A stretch of DNA of 60,684 nucleotides, from the NCBI GenBank assembly GCA_020845775.1, contig JADLFC010000121.1, forward strand, positions 1-60,684, in the 5' to 3' direction. The DNA comes from Deltaproteobacteria bacterium. GTDB lineage: Bacteria; Bdellovibrionota_C; UBA2361; SZUA-149; JADLFC01. The position numbers were made by a program, and so were the translations under genes. Positions 20,618 through 29,238 of this stretch are shown one piece after another. The number at the start of each line of letters is the position of its first letter. Within the stretch, counting starts at the first letter, position 1. The notes beneath the pieces are model-generated. The model did not search any database. It had not been told where the DNA came from and saw only the letters and a list, made by a program, of their open reading frames with translations.

Positions 20618-20962
20618 ATGAGGATAATTGCTATGCCAGGCACCTTAGTCGATAAATTACTAGAATCCTTTGATAAATTGGATAACTGCATAACAGAAAC
20701 CAGAGACGTCCTAGGCGCAAAGCAGGATGTCCCAAAAGACGTAATGGCGAGAATCGATTATTACGCTGAAATAGTTTCTAAGCAGAGAAAGTTGGCGTCT
20801 GCGCTACGCGAACACGTTAGCAGCGCAAATTGGGACGAGGTAACTAGACATGTTCGCTTGATTAACGGTTACTCGACAATGATTCACGAGGACGCACGAG
20901 ATATTCTTGCTAGTGTAGTCACAGATTCAGGCGCAGATAAAGAAAACGCCCTGCTAAGTTAG
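20618..20962 (+). CDS. Hypothetical protein
   Basis: 114-aa helical ORF with no recognisable motif. Confidence 0.45.
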   Translation: MRIIAMPGTLVDKLLESFDKLDNCITETRDVLGAKQDVPKDVMARIDYYAEIVSKQRKLASALREHVSSANWDEVTRHVRLINGYSTMIHEDARDILASVVTDSGADKENALLS

Positions 20963-20983
20963 ACCAAGATAGAGAGCTCGCAC

Positions 20984-21021
20984 TTACTACGCGGCCAGCC
21001 GAACAGTCGGCCGCGTAGTAA
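20984..21021. terminator. 13-bp perfect hairpin between convergent genes (non-canonical terminator candidate)
   Basis: ttactacgcggcc / ggccgcgtagtaa around a 12-nt loop. An A8 run follows on the + strand, so on the minus strand the U run precedes the stem. Neither strand shows the canonical stem-then-U tract. Confidence 0.35.
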
Positions 21022-21027
21022 AAAAAA

Positions 21028-22410
21028 TCAAACCTCAACTGTCTGCATATGAGTAGCAGGCGCCGCGTCCCAGTTAAATTTCTTTTTTAGTGCATTAGCA
21101 AAAGCACGACTTGCTTCGGGTTCACCGTGAATTATCCTAACCTGCTTTGGCGTTCCCTTGGATTCGGCTAGCCATTTTAACAACTCATCTCTATCGGCGT
21201 GGGCAGAAAGTCCGGATATAGTGTCTACTTGTGCCCTAATGGGAATATCTTCTCCAAAAATCCTAATATACTTTGCTCCCGACTGGATTATACTTCCGCG
21301 TGAACCTCGTGCTTGGTATCCCACAAAAAGCACCGTAGTATCCTCTGAGTGAATCCAGTTCTTTAAATGATGCAAGATGCGGCCTCCAGTAGCCATACCG
21401 CTAGCAGAAATAATGATCCTTGGGCCCTTTAAATGATTTAGCGCCATGGAATCCTGCACAGCTCTACAAAAGGAAGTCTTTGCAGTTAATAGCGGAATCT
21501 TTCCCAACTCCATTAGCTTTGCGCTCTCTTCATCAAAATCATTCCGAAAGTTGTAATAAATTTTAGTAGCATCTACTGCCATGGGCGAATCGACGTAGAC
21601 CGGGATAATGGGTATTTTCCCGTCGCGCTCAAGTTCGGCTAGGTAGTAGAGTAAAGTTTGTGTACGCCCTACGGCAAATGCGGGAATAATTAGTGGCCCC
21701 CTCCTGACTACAGCAGCTTTCACTATTTGCGCTAACTCGTCTGCGACGTTCCCTTCGCCATGTATGCGGTTTCCATACGTTGACTCGCAGAGCAATAAAT
21801 CGCCAAAATCAACCGGACTAGGGGGTGGTAGCAATGGCGTATCGTAGCGTCCAATATCGCCTGAAAAAGTAATTCGCTTCTTAAAAATATCGACAGTCAA
21901 CGACACCGAACCTAAAATATGACCGGCGCAGCGAGGCTCCACTGATACGTTGGGAAGAATCTCTGTTTGTTTATCGCGCTCAATAATCTTAAAAAGTTTT
22001 AGCGTCTCTTCGACATCCTTTTCGGTATATAGTGGCTTTGCAGGATGATGCTTGGAAGTCCCAGACTTGTTGGCATAAAATGCCTCTTCCTCCTGAAGAT
22101 GCGCACTGTCGGGCAAGAGCAGTTTTAGTAGCTCAAAGGTTGCCGCCGTGCAATATATGGGCCCCGAATAACCTCGCCTCACAACTAATGGGAGATAACC
22201 ACTGTGGTCGATATGTGCATGAGTTAGAACTATCGCCGATAGCGACAAAGGGTCAAACGGCGGCTCCGCCCAGTTGCGCAAGCGAAGCTCCTTGGTTCCC
22301 TGAAACAATCCGCAGTCAAATAGTATTTTCCTACTGCCAGCCTCGACCAAGAACTTCGACCCAGTAACGGTTCCCGCTGCGCCTAAAAACGTAAGTTTAA
22401 TAGATGTCAC
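21028..22410 (-). CDS. MBL-fold metallo-hydrolase with beta-CASP / RNA-specificity domain
   Basis: 460 aa. HAHIDHSG motif, downstream beta-CASP region and C-terminal SAHAD. GTG start with a GGAGA SD 6 nt upstream. Confidence 0.85.
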   Translation of the reverse strand: MTSIKLTFLGAAGTVTGSKFLVEAGSRKILFDCGLFQGTKELRLRNWAEPPFDPLSLSAIVLTHAHIDHSGYLPLVVRRGYSGPIYCTAATFELLKLLLPDSAHLQEEEAFYANKSGTSKHHPAKPLYTEKDVEETLKLFKIIERDKQTEILPNVSVEPRCAGHILGSVSLTVDIFKKRITFSGDIGRYDTPLLPPPSPVDFGDLLLCESTYGNRIHGEGNVADELAQIVKAAVVRRGPLIIPAFAVGRTQTLLYYLAELERDGKIPIIPVYVDSPMAVDATKIYYNFRNDFDEESAKLMELGKIPLLTAKTSFCRAVQDSMALNHLKGPRIIISASGMATGGRILHHLKNWIHSEDTTVLFVGYQARGSRGSIIQSGAKYIRIFGEDIPIRAQVDTISGLSAHADRDELLKWLAESKGTPKQVRIIHGEPEASRAFANALKKKFNWDAAPATHMQTVEV

Positions 22411-22426
22411 AAAATTCTCCGCACTA

Positions 22427-22549
22427 GACCGTTTCCAAAAAGTAAGTTAAATATTTTACTTTTTGGAAACGGTATTTGTTGTTTATTGGCAAGTGCTTGC
22501 GCACTTGCTGTTTATACCATTTACAAAAATCCTTTTTGTAAATGGTATA
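22427..22549 (+). repeat. Triple-palindrome intergenic repeat, copy 3
   Basis: Same three palindromes as the other copies. The left terminus reads tagaccg instead of tataccg. It begins 17 nt from the start codon of the MBL-fold gene and ends ...aaatggtataat. Confidence 0.92.
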
Positions 22550-22671
22550 ATATTCCTCTGTGTTTTGATGGGCATTTAAGAAAAACACGCCCCTTAAGCA
22601 ATTTACTTCAGACAATTCTTACAAATGCCGACCTAAAGTCAAGGATCACTAAGGACTGTCAGTAACCTAGC

Positions 22672-23079
22672 ATGGACGATTCGAGTAACATTACACGGAT
22701 ATTATTCGTCGATAAAGACGAAAGATCTTTTCAAATATGGCAGTGTATTGCAGCAGCCATACAGAACCTGCCTCCAATTGAATTGATCCATGCAAGCAAT
22801 GCTTCACATGGATTGCTAATGATTGGCCAGATAAAACCAGATTGCATTGTCCTTAACTTTGGCGACGAAGATCATTCAGAACTCGACACTTTTCTAAAAA
22901 ATCTACTAGAAACACATCCCCCCATAATCGTGCAAGCAGAAGAAGAATTCTTCGATACACGAAGAGAAAATGTTTTCTTTGTCGAACAAAGTGGCTCGCT
23001 CGAAAGCATTCACAAGACACTATTAGCCGCCATTGAAAGTACTAACAACTCGTCGCGCAAAAATTCTAGCTGTCACTAG
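22672..23079 (+). CDS. CheY-like receiver-domain protein lacking the phospho-acceptor Asp (pseudo-receiver)
   Basis: 135 aa. ILFVDKDE acidic pocket, then KPDCIVLNF where canonical receivers have kPDlvllD; the residue is Asn62, codon aac at 22855..22857. Confidence 0.55.
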   Translation: MDDSSNITRILFVDKDERSFQIWQCIAAAIQNLPPIELIHASNASHGLLMIGQIKPDCIVLNFGDEDHSELDTFLKNLLETHPPIIVQAEEEFFDTRRENVFFVEQSGSLESIHKTLLAAIESTNNSSRKNSSCH

Positions 23080-23335
23080 CCACTTCTTTGGAGATTTCGT
23101 CCGTAGACTCATCGCTAAAAGCGGAAAATTCCGACGTTATCTCAGTTAGCTGCACCTTAGTGTGACGCAAAACATCCTTACATATTTTAAAAGCAGCTAA
23201 AGCATCCTTCATCCTAGGCACTAACTGATCTATAGTAACCTTATTATCCTGTAGTTCCTGGGATAGAGATTCGAGTTTATTAAAATTTTCCTCAAACTTA
23301 TTTTTGTTAACTTCACTAGCCATCGTCTTCTCCAC
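23066..23335 (-). CDS. xseB: Exodeoxyribonuclease VII small subunit
   Basis: 89 aa. FEENFNKLESLSQELQDNKVTIDQLVPRMKDALAAFKICKDVL matches the XseB helical-hairpin pattern. It lies immediately downstream of xseA with a TAGTG overlap; an ATG 4 codons in is an alternative start. Confidence 0.85.
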   Translation of the reverse strand: MEKTMASEVNKNKFEENFNKLESLSQELQDNKVTIDQLVPRMKDALAAFKICKDVLRHTKVQLTEITSEFSAFSDESTDEISKEVASDS

Positions 23336-25089
23336 TACTTAATGATTGCTGACCTATCGGTATCATGAAACTGCAATTCGATTTCCTGCTCTTTTAGAAG
23401 CTCGCTTCCCGACAAAACATACTTGCCATTGCCCCTTTCTCTAACCAGTACAAAACCCCTTTTTAACTGAACATCGGGCGACATGTCCCTAAGAGATTTT
23501 TCATGTTTCTCGAGCGAGAGTTCTCCAAATCGCAAACATTGCAACGCTAGACGAGGTAAATCCAGTGCTTTTACAAGGCGCAACTTGCCAGTCTCAAAAA
23601 TAAACATGTATCCACGCACCAAACCTCTATTTGTCATAGCCATCTGCTTAAACCTATAAGTCATCAGCATGTTGCTCGATAGTTGAATGTCTCCCAAAAC
23701 TTTCTTAAGCGAACGCCTCTCGCGCACAAATATGCTAGAGCTCAGTGCCGGCATAGGTCGCGTAATATCGATTAAGCGCCGCGATATATTAATTTGCAAA
23801 CCGCGCGCGAGAGTCGGCAAACTCGCTCTGTATAACTCTAAAACTTCCGTTCGCGACATTATTAACCGTTTACACATACGCATAATTTGCGAAACTGCAC
23901 CTCCCAAACTCGCCTCCGCAAGTTCGGCGACATGAACAACCGTCTTAACCATTTGCGAAATACTTTCGCGACAGCGACAGCGAAGATCTTCCACGATGCT
24001 AGCAAAAAAAGAACCGACATCTTTGGGCACACCCTCGCCTCTATAGCTTACATCCTGAACCGAGGACTGATCCTCTTGGTGTCCGATGGCCGACACAACT
24101 GGTACCTCGCAAAGACAAACCTGCTTTGCTAACTCATAATCATTAAAAATTGCGAGTTCAGCCGGACTACCACCACCGCGAAATATTAAAATCGCATCTA
24201 TTCCAGGCAACGTGCCCAAAACGCGCAAACCATTGATGATTTGCTCCTTAGCTCCGGCACCTTGAACATTGGCCTTGTACCAAAAAAGCTCAAAACCAAA
24301 ACGTGCCGTTTCTAAAGCGGCAAGAAAATCATTTATTACAGTCCCGCCAGAACTTGTAATAATGCCAAGTTTTGTTGGAAGAATGCTCAACTTGCATTTC
24401 TTATTAAGCCCAAATAGACCCTCCTTCTTTAGCCTCTCATTAGTCTTATCGCGCTCCGCTGCAATTTTTCCAATCGTATACTCAACTACCACGCTACAGA
24501 TGGATAACGATATGGCACCCTTCCTAGGGTTTAAGCCAACTATCGCCTCAAACATAACATCGAGTTCAGGTTCGAGCTTAAACCCTCGCTCAAAAAGAGG
24601 CTTGCAAACGCGTTCTATATCTTCTTGCCAGACGAAACAACTTACGTGATCCGAAGGGTTCTCTAAATCCACTAGCTCCAAATACAAATGCTTGGGCTGA
24701 GTGACCTTAGCTATGACGCCTTTAACTAAAATGCGATTGGGGAAGGCCAGTAGAATTACATCTCGAATCTTAGCTATTAGCTCAGAGACGGTTATTGCCT
24801 GGCTAAGCAAGGGAGAAGAGCTTGCCGCAGCTGGAGCTTCGCCATCGCACTCATCAGAATTCTCACACTCTTTAGAAGGCTCTCCGACTTCCTCTATGAT
24901 GACATCGGGGAATATTTTTTCTAAATCGCCAATTGAGACACTGGTTAGGGACGCAACCCAAACTTTTTTCTCTCCCACCCAGCGAGCTGCCGGAAGCTTT
25001 TTAATGGCATCCTTGGCACGAAAAGTCCCTGGGCCAGAAAAAGTAACTGTTTGCTTCGACCAATCGAGAGTGGCCTTAAGATTTTCCAC
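23335..25089 (-). CDS. xseA: Exodeoxyribonuclease VII large subunit with ~95-aa N-terminal extension
   Basis: The OB-fold start ITVSELIAKIRDVILLAFPNRILVKGVIAKV appears only at about residue 97. The catalytic core contains GIITSSGGTVINDF and IFRGGGS, followed by a long helical C-terminus. Confidence 0.85.
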   Translation of the reverse strand: MENLKATLDWSKQTVTFSGPGTFRAKDAIKKLPAARWVGEKKVWVASLTSVSIGDLEKIFPDVIIEEVGEPSKECENSDECDGEAPAAASSSPLLSQAITVSELIAKIRDVILLAFPNRILVKGVIAKVTQPKHLYLELVDLENPSDHVSCFVWQEDIERVCKPLFERGFKLEPELDVMFEAIVGLNPRKGAISLSICSVVVEYTIGKIAAERDKTNERLKKEGLFGLNKKCKLSILPTKLGIITSSGGTVINDFLAALETARFGFELFWYKANVQGAGAKEQIINGLRVLGTLPGIDAILIFRGGGSPAELAIFNDYELAKQVCLCEVPVVSAIGHQEDQSSVQDVSYRGEGVPKDVGSFFASIVEDLRCRCRESISQMVKTVVHVAELAEASLGGAVSQIMRMCKRLIMSRTEVLELYRASLPTLARGLQINISRRLIDITRPMPALSSSIFVRERRSLKKVLGDIQLSSNMLMTYRFKQMAMTNRGLVRGYMFIFETGKLRLVKALDLPRLALQCLRFGELSLEKHEKSLRDMSPDVQLKRGFVLVRERGNGKYVLSGSELLKEQEIELQFHDTDRSAIIK

Positions 25090-25193
25090 TATATTATTAA
25101 TAAGTAGCTATAAAAACAAATGGGGCTGCCCGAAAGCAGCCCCATTCTTTTAAGCTCTAAACATCAACTTCTCAATTACCGCCTTGCGCGCGT

Positions 25194-26474
25194 TTAAGCT
25201 TGATTAAAGCTTGCACCCAAGGTGAGTATTACCTTTTGAGTGTCTGTGGCAAACTCATCAGCATTGTAGTTAGCATACTTTATACCAACCATATAATGCT
25301 CGAAAAGTGCCTTCTGGATGTTAAAATCCCACTCTGTTCCGTAATCAGTGCTTCCTTCATCCGAAGAGAAGTAATGATATACCAAAGTGAGAGCTAAGCC
25401 ATCAACTAACTCATGAACTCCAGACACTTGATACCCAAGCAAACCATAGGCATCCTGCAACCCATCTGCTGGAGTCGATACAAATTTATCGGCCCAACCA
25501 TTCCACACATGTGTCGTTGAAAGAGGAGCCGATACTGCAATATCACCCTCGTCGCTGCCCAAGCTCTCAAACCCACCCTTTAGGGTGAACCCATAAGCAC
25601 CAGCACCAGCCTCTGCGCGATAATAATGCGCATCATAGTCAGTTGGATTATCGCCGTGATCCATTTGGAAAGCGTACTCTAGGTCATAGAGCAAGCTCAA
25701 TAGATCAGTTACTCCGTACTTTCCATCAAAACGAGCTCCAAAAGTATTGCTAGACACTGCTGGCAAATCTTCTAGATCTAACATATACGCATACGCTGCC
25801 AAAGCTCCTAAGGAGCAACCAGTGTACTTGGCATTTACGAGATGAGAATTTGACTCAACATCTCCAACTGGACTGCCATCGCCAAATATGCGGTTTGCGT
25901 TAAATATGTATCCGTACTGCAAGTTAAGTCCTGGAACCGACGTATTGCTTAGAGTTGCCGAATCAAATGTCTGATTATTTTGCCTCCATGCAACATCTCC
26001 TATCCAACGGACGTTATCGAGCACTATCTGCTTTCTACCAAAAGTTACAGCCGTATCGGGCACGCCATGATAGCCTATATATGCCTGATTAACTTCTGTC
26101 CCCTGAGGATCAGCTACTACCGGCCTGTCTGTCCTACCATTGACAGTGCTATTGTACAAATCTTTACCAATCTCAGTTACATCCTCAACTTCCAACAAAC
26201 CCTTAAACCCCATAAAGTTTGCCGTCTTATACCCCAATCGAGTTTGCAAGGTAGAGGCTTTAGCATCATTGTCAAAGTCATCCTGGTCTACAAACTCATA
26301 TCTATATCGGCCGCTAATATACGCCTTGCCGTTCTTAAAAAACTCTGCCACGTTACTCGCACTTGCGACGTCATCCGCAGCTAGAGCCTGTGAGTATGCA
26401 CAGACACTAAACATGCCTACAGCACACAGACTTTTAACTACTCGAGCACTTTTACGCGAAGCTCTATTCATCAT
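25194..26474 (-). CDS. Outer-membrane beta-barrel porin (possibly alginate-export/AlgE-like)
   Basis: Signal peptide MMNRASRKSARVVKSLCAVGMFSVCAYSQALA preceded by a strong AAGGAG SD, so I place the start at 26474 rather than the track's 26555. Alternating aromatic beta-strand pattern throughout. Confidence 0.6.
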   Translation of the reverse strand: MMNRASRKSARVVKSLCAVGMFSVCAYSQALAADDVASASNVAEFFKNGKAYISGRYRYEFVDQDDFDNDAKASTLQTRLGYKTANFMGFKGLLEVEDVTEIGKDLYNSTVNGRTDRPVVADPQGTEVNQAYIGYHGVPDTAVTFGRKQIVLDNVRWIGDVAWRQNNQTFDSATLSNTSVPGLNLQYGYIFNANRIFGDGSPVGDVESNSHLVNAKYTGCSLGALAAYAYMLDLEDLPAVSSNTFGARFDGKYGVTDLLSLLYDLEYAFQMDHGDNPTDYDAHYYRAEAGAGAYGFTLKGGFESLGSDEGDIAVSAPLSTTHVWNGWADKFVSTPADGLQDAYGLLGYQVSGVHELVDGLALTLVYHYFSSDEGSTDYGTEWDFNIQKALFEHYMVGIKYANYNADEFATDTQKVILTLGASFNQA

Positions 26475-26767
26475 GTCATCTCCTTTGTTAATAACACACT
26501 CCCACTGATAGTTCTTGCGAAGAAATCCGTCACTAGATCTCAACTCATCACACAACTGTCAATAAAAATCGATATCCCCCACTCAAAGCACACAGCACAT
26601 TTATAGTAAGACCGAAGTTCTGGACAGGAACTATCGACCGGATTAGAAAACAAATTGAACATTCTGTCTACAGCAATTTCGCTGCTGTATCTTCTAGGAA
26701 ACACTGGCTTATTACTCGCAAATTATATACGACTTATTATGAGCATGTTTTCTAGCGCGTCCGCCAA

Positions 26768-27979
26768 TTAAGCTCTTTCGCGCTCTCGAATGCCAAGAAA
26801 ATACAACAACGCATCAAGCCCTAAGGTAGAAATCGAGTGTTTAACGCGACTTTTTACTATTGGTTTAGCGTGAAACGCTATTCCTAACCCAGCAGCGCTA
26901 AGCATGGGGAGATCATTTGCGCCGTCCCCCACGGCAATCGTTTGCTCCAGTTTAATCCCCTCTTTTATGGCCAATTCGCTTAACAACTCTGCCTTGCGCT
27001 GGCCGTCGACAATGCGCCCCAAACAGCGGCCGCTCAATCTTCCATCCTGAATTTCTAGCTCATTTGTATATACATAATCAAAGCCAAGCCTATCCTTTAA
27101 TCTCTCACCAAAAAAAGAAAATCCACCCGACAAAATAGCTAGTTTGTATCCTAGCGCTTTAAGGATTCTACTAAGTTTTTCTGCCCCTTCCGACAAAACA
27201 AGTCCATCGGCGATTTGTTGAAGCACAGAGACATCCAGGCCTTCTAGCAATTTTACTCGCCTCTTTAGGCTTTCCGTAAAATCAATTTCCCCTCGCATGG
27301 CAGCAGAGGTTATAGCGCTTACCTCTTCCAATACACCGTGAGCACGGGCTAATTCGTCTATAACCTCTGCCTGAATTAAAGTTGAATCCATGTCAAATGC
27401 AATAAGGCGCCGATTGCGCCGATATAAATCGTCTGCTTGAAAAGCAATGTCTATGCCAGATGTATTGGAAATATCCAGCAACCGAGATTGGATTTCGCCG
27501 GTATCGTCAATGTCCCCACTAATGGCAAACTCAACACAATAGCATTCGCTGTCAATATACTTAGCTATCGGTCTACGGCAGGACATTCGAGTAATGACGT
27601 CGATATTTAGCCCAAAAGCCGCAATTACCTCCGTAACTGACGAAATTTCACTAGCGTTGAGCTCTCGTCCAAGAATAGTGAGCACGAAACGACTCTTATT
27701 CTCGGCGCTTACCCAATTATCGTACTGCTGAACGGAGATTGGCGTAAACTTCACAGTAAGCCCAAGTTCATGCGCCCTAAACAAAAACTTTTCTAAAACC
27801 GGAGATGACTCTTCTTTTTCTGGGATATTGACCAACAGGCCCAAGGAAAGAAAATTGTGGATGACCGCCTGACCAATGTCCAATATCTCTACATCATACT
27901 CTGAAAGTATTGCCGTAAGGGATGAGGTAAGTCCAGCCTTGTCCTCGCCAGAGATGTTCAACAGTAATATTTTTGCCAT
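26768..27979 (-). CDS. serB: Phosphoserine phosphatase SerB with N-terminal ACT-type regulatory domains
   Basis: 403 aa. HAD motif I AFDMDSTLIQAEVIDELA, C-terminal GDGANDLPML, and about 180 aa of N-terminal ACT-like repeats. Confidence 0.88.
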   Translation of the reverse strand: MAKILLLNISGEDKAGLTSSLTAILSEYDVEILDIGQAVIHNFLSLGLLVNIPEKEESSPVLEKFLFRAHELGLTVKFTPISVQQYDNWVSAENKSRFVLTILGRELNASEISSVTEVIAAFGLNIDVITRMSCRRPIAKYIDSECYCVEFAISGDIDDTGEIQSRLLDISNTSGIDIAFQADDLYRRNRRLIAFDMDSTLIQAEVIDELARAHGVLEEVSAITSAAMRGEIDFTESLKRRVKLLEGLDVSVLQQIADGLVLSEGAEKLSRILKALGYKLAILSGGFSFFGERLKDRLGFDYVYTNELEIQDGRLSGRCLGRIVDGQRKAELLSELAIKEGIKLEQTIAVGDGANDLPMLSAAGLGIAFHAKPIVKSRVKHSISTLGLDALLYFLGIRERERA

Positions 27980-28085
27980 CGCTATGCTGCTGCCATGCGC
28001 CCATTAAGCTCATAGCAGCAAGCGGGGGCAATTGCAAAATTTAATTAGTAAATACCTTCTCGGCGCACAGGAAGAAAACCCAATT

Positions 28086-28448
28086 TCAGTTTAAACTTGC
28101 TAGGCGATATATACTGCTTGCATATCGCTTTCCATCGACATAATGACCCTTCACTCGCACTAATGCGCCGATTTCCAGTTCGCCTACAATTAGAGTATTT
28201 TGATCGAACACAAATTCCATATCATCTACAACAAAATTAGATTCGCTGCCTAACTTGAGCCTGCCCTGTAGATTAAATCGCTCGTCTGCATCATCTTGCG
28301 CACCAACATCTCTATGCTTAGTCAAGCCGCTAACACCAGCTGGCGTTTTAGAACGCGATAGCCGTGGCAAGTGAATCGGTGTCCTAAGTATTTGAGGAAG
28401 ATCTTTTAAAAAGAAATTGGCCGGCGAAAACGTACCTCTATCGCTCAT
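28086..28448 (-). CDS. Hypothetical protein
   Basis: 120-aa ORF. The C-terminal beta-rich segment (VGELEIGALVRVKGHYVDGKRY) may be OB-like. Confidence 0.4.
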   Translation of the reverse strand: MSDRGTFSPANFFLKDLPQILRTPIHLPRLSRSKTPAGVSGLTKHRDVGAQDDADERFNLQGRLKLGSESNFVVDDMEFVFDQNTLIVGELEIGALVRVKGHYVDGKRYASSIYRLASLN

Positions 28449-28823
28449 CTTGCTTCTCCATTGCTACATTTTGTTGCTACACCAACATCGTAAAGGGCGC
28501 ATTTGCCGACACGCCCATCAAACTGTAATAATCTGACGGAAACAAGCGGTATCAGTGCATGCTATATGCCAACTCACTTGGCCTTGAGTTAGATAGCTCG
28601 TTAAACATACTCCAAACCGCTCTCTTCACGTTGTTATCCTATTGAAAACTAAGCATTTATTATGCAGCAATTAAATACGCGCAGCCAGCAAAGCATTGTC
28701 GTGCAAGAAGATTTCACGGGCGTCTATTAAGACCGAAATGGTAATTCAGATAAACAATTCTATGAAATAAATTCATGCCCGAACCGTATGGCACAAAATT
28801 GTGCACTTTTTTTTAAAAAAACC

Positions 28824-28851
28824 TCAAGTTTTTCAAAAAAGTAGTCGTTAG
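28824..28851 (+). promoter_or_regulatory. Weak sigma-28 (FliA)-like promoter candidate upstream of the orphan flgM-like gene
   Basis: TCAAGTTT-N12-GTCGTTAG against the enterobacterial consensus TAAAGTTT-N11-GCCGATAA (7/8 and 5/8 matches, spacer +1). It lies 87 nt upstream of the ATG at 28938. Confidence 0.22.
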
Positions 28852-28937
28852 CCCATTCATGGCGATGATTGTTGTTCATTTTTGGACACCAATTTTGAAC
28901 AAAAACGATGTAGTTTTCGGTAATTTAAGGGGCGTAT

Positions 28938-29195
28938 ATGAAAAACGTATTAATAGACATGGATAACTTCGACTCAGAAAAAATAGAGAATATAACTAGA
29001 CTATCTAGAACGAATGTTCGAGCACGAAAGGGTACTTTGCTAAAGCTGCAATGGTTGGCAGAGCGCGTCCGAAAAATCGAACTAATAAAAAAACAGCTGG
29101 CCGAGGGCACGTATCATGTAGACTCGCGGGAAGTAAGCAGAGCTATACTGAGCTTAGACATTAAGAAATCTGGGAAGGAAGATATAGATATATAA
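28938..29195 (+). CDS. FlgM-like anti-sigma-28 factor (orphan paralog)
   Basis: 85 aa. The C-terminal RVRKIELIKKQLAEGTYHVDSREVSRAILS matches the FlgM signature (kv..ik..I..G.Y.vd...iA..il). Confidence 0.6.
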   Translation: MKNVLIDMDNFDSEKIENITRLSRTNVRARKGTLLKLQWLAERVRKIELIKKQLAEGTYHVDSREVSRAILSLDIKKSGKEDIDI

Positions 29196-29238
29196 GTCAT
29201 TGTTGACGAAGGTTTGATTTTGATGGAAGACTGGCAAA

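Noticed and set aside
20984-21021. Calling the 13-bp GC-rich hairpin a canonical Rho-independent terminator
   Set aside because: On the + strand the stem is followed by A8 rather than a T tract. On the minus strand the U tract precedes the stem. It is kept only as a low-confidence structural feature between convergent genes.
28789-28805. TGGCACaaaattGTGCA as a sigma-54 promoter for the orphan flgM-like gene
   Set aside because: The -12 element is GTGC rather than TTGC, and the GG-to-GC spacing is one nt too long. RpoN promoters tolerate little spacing change.
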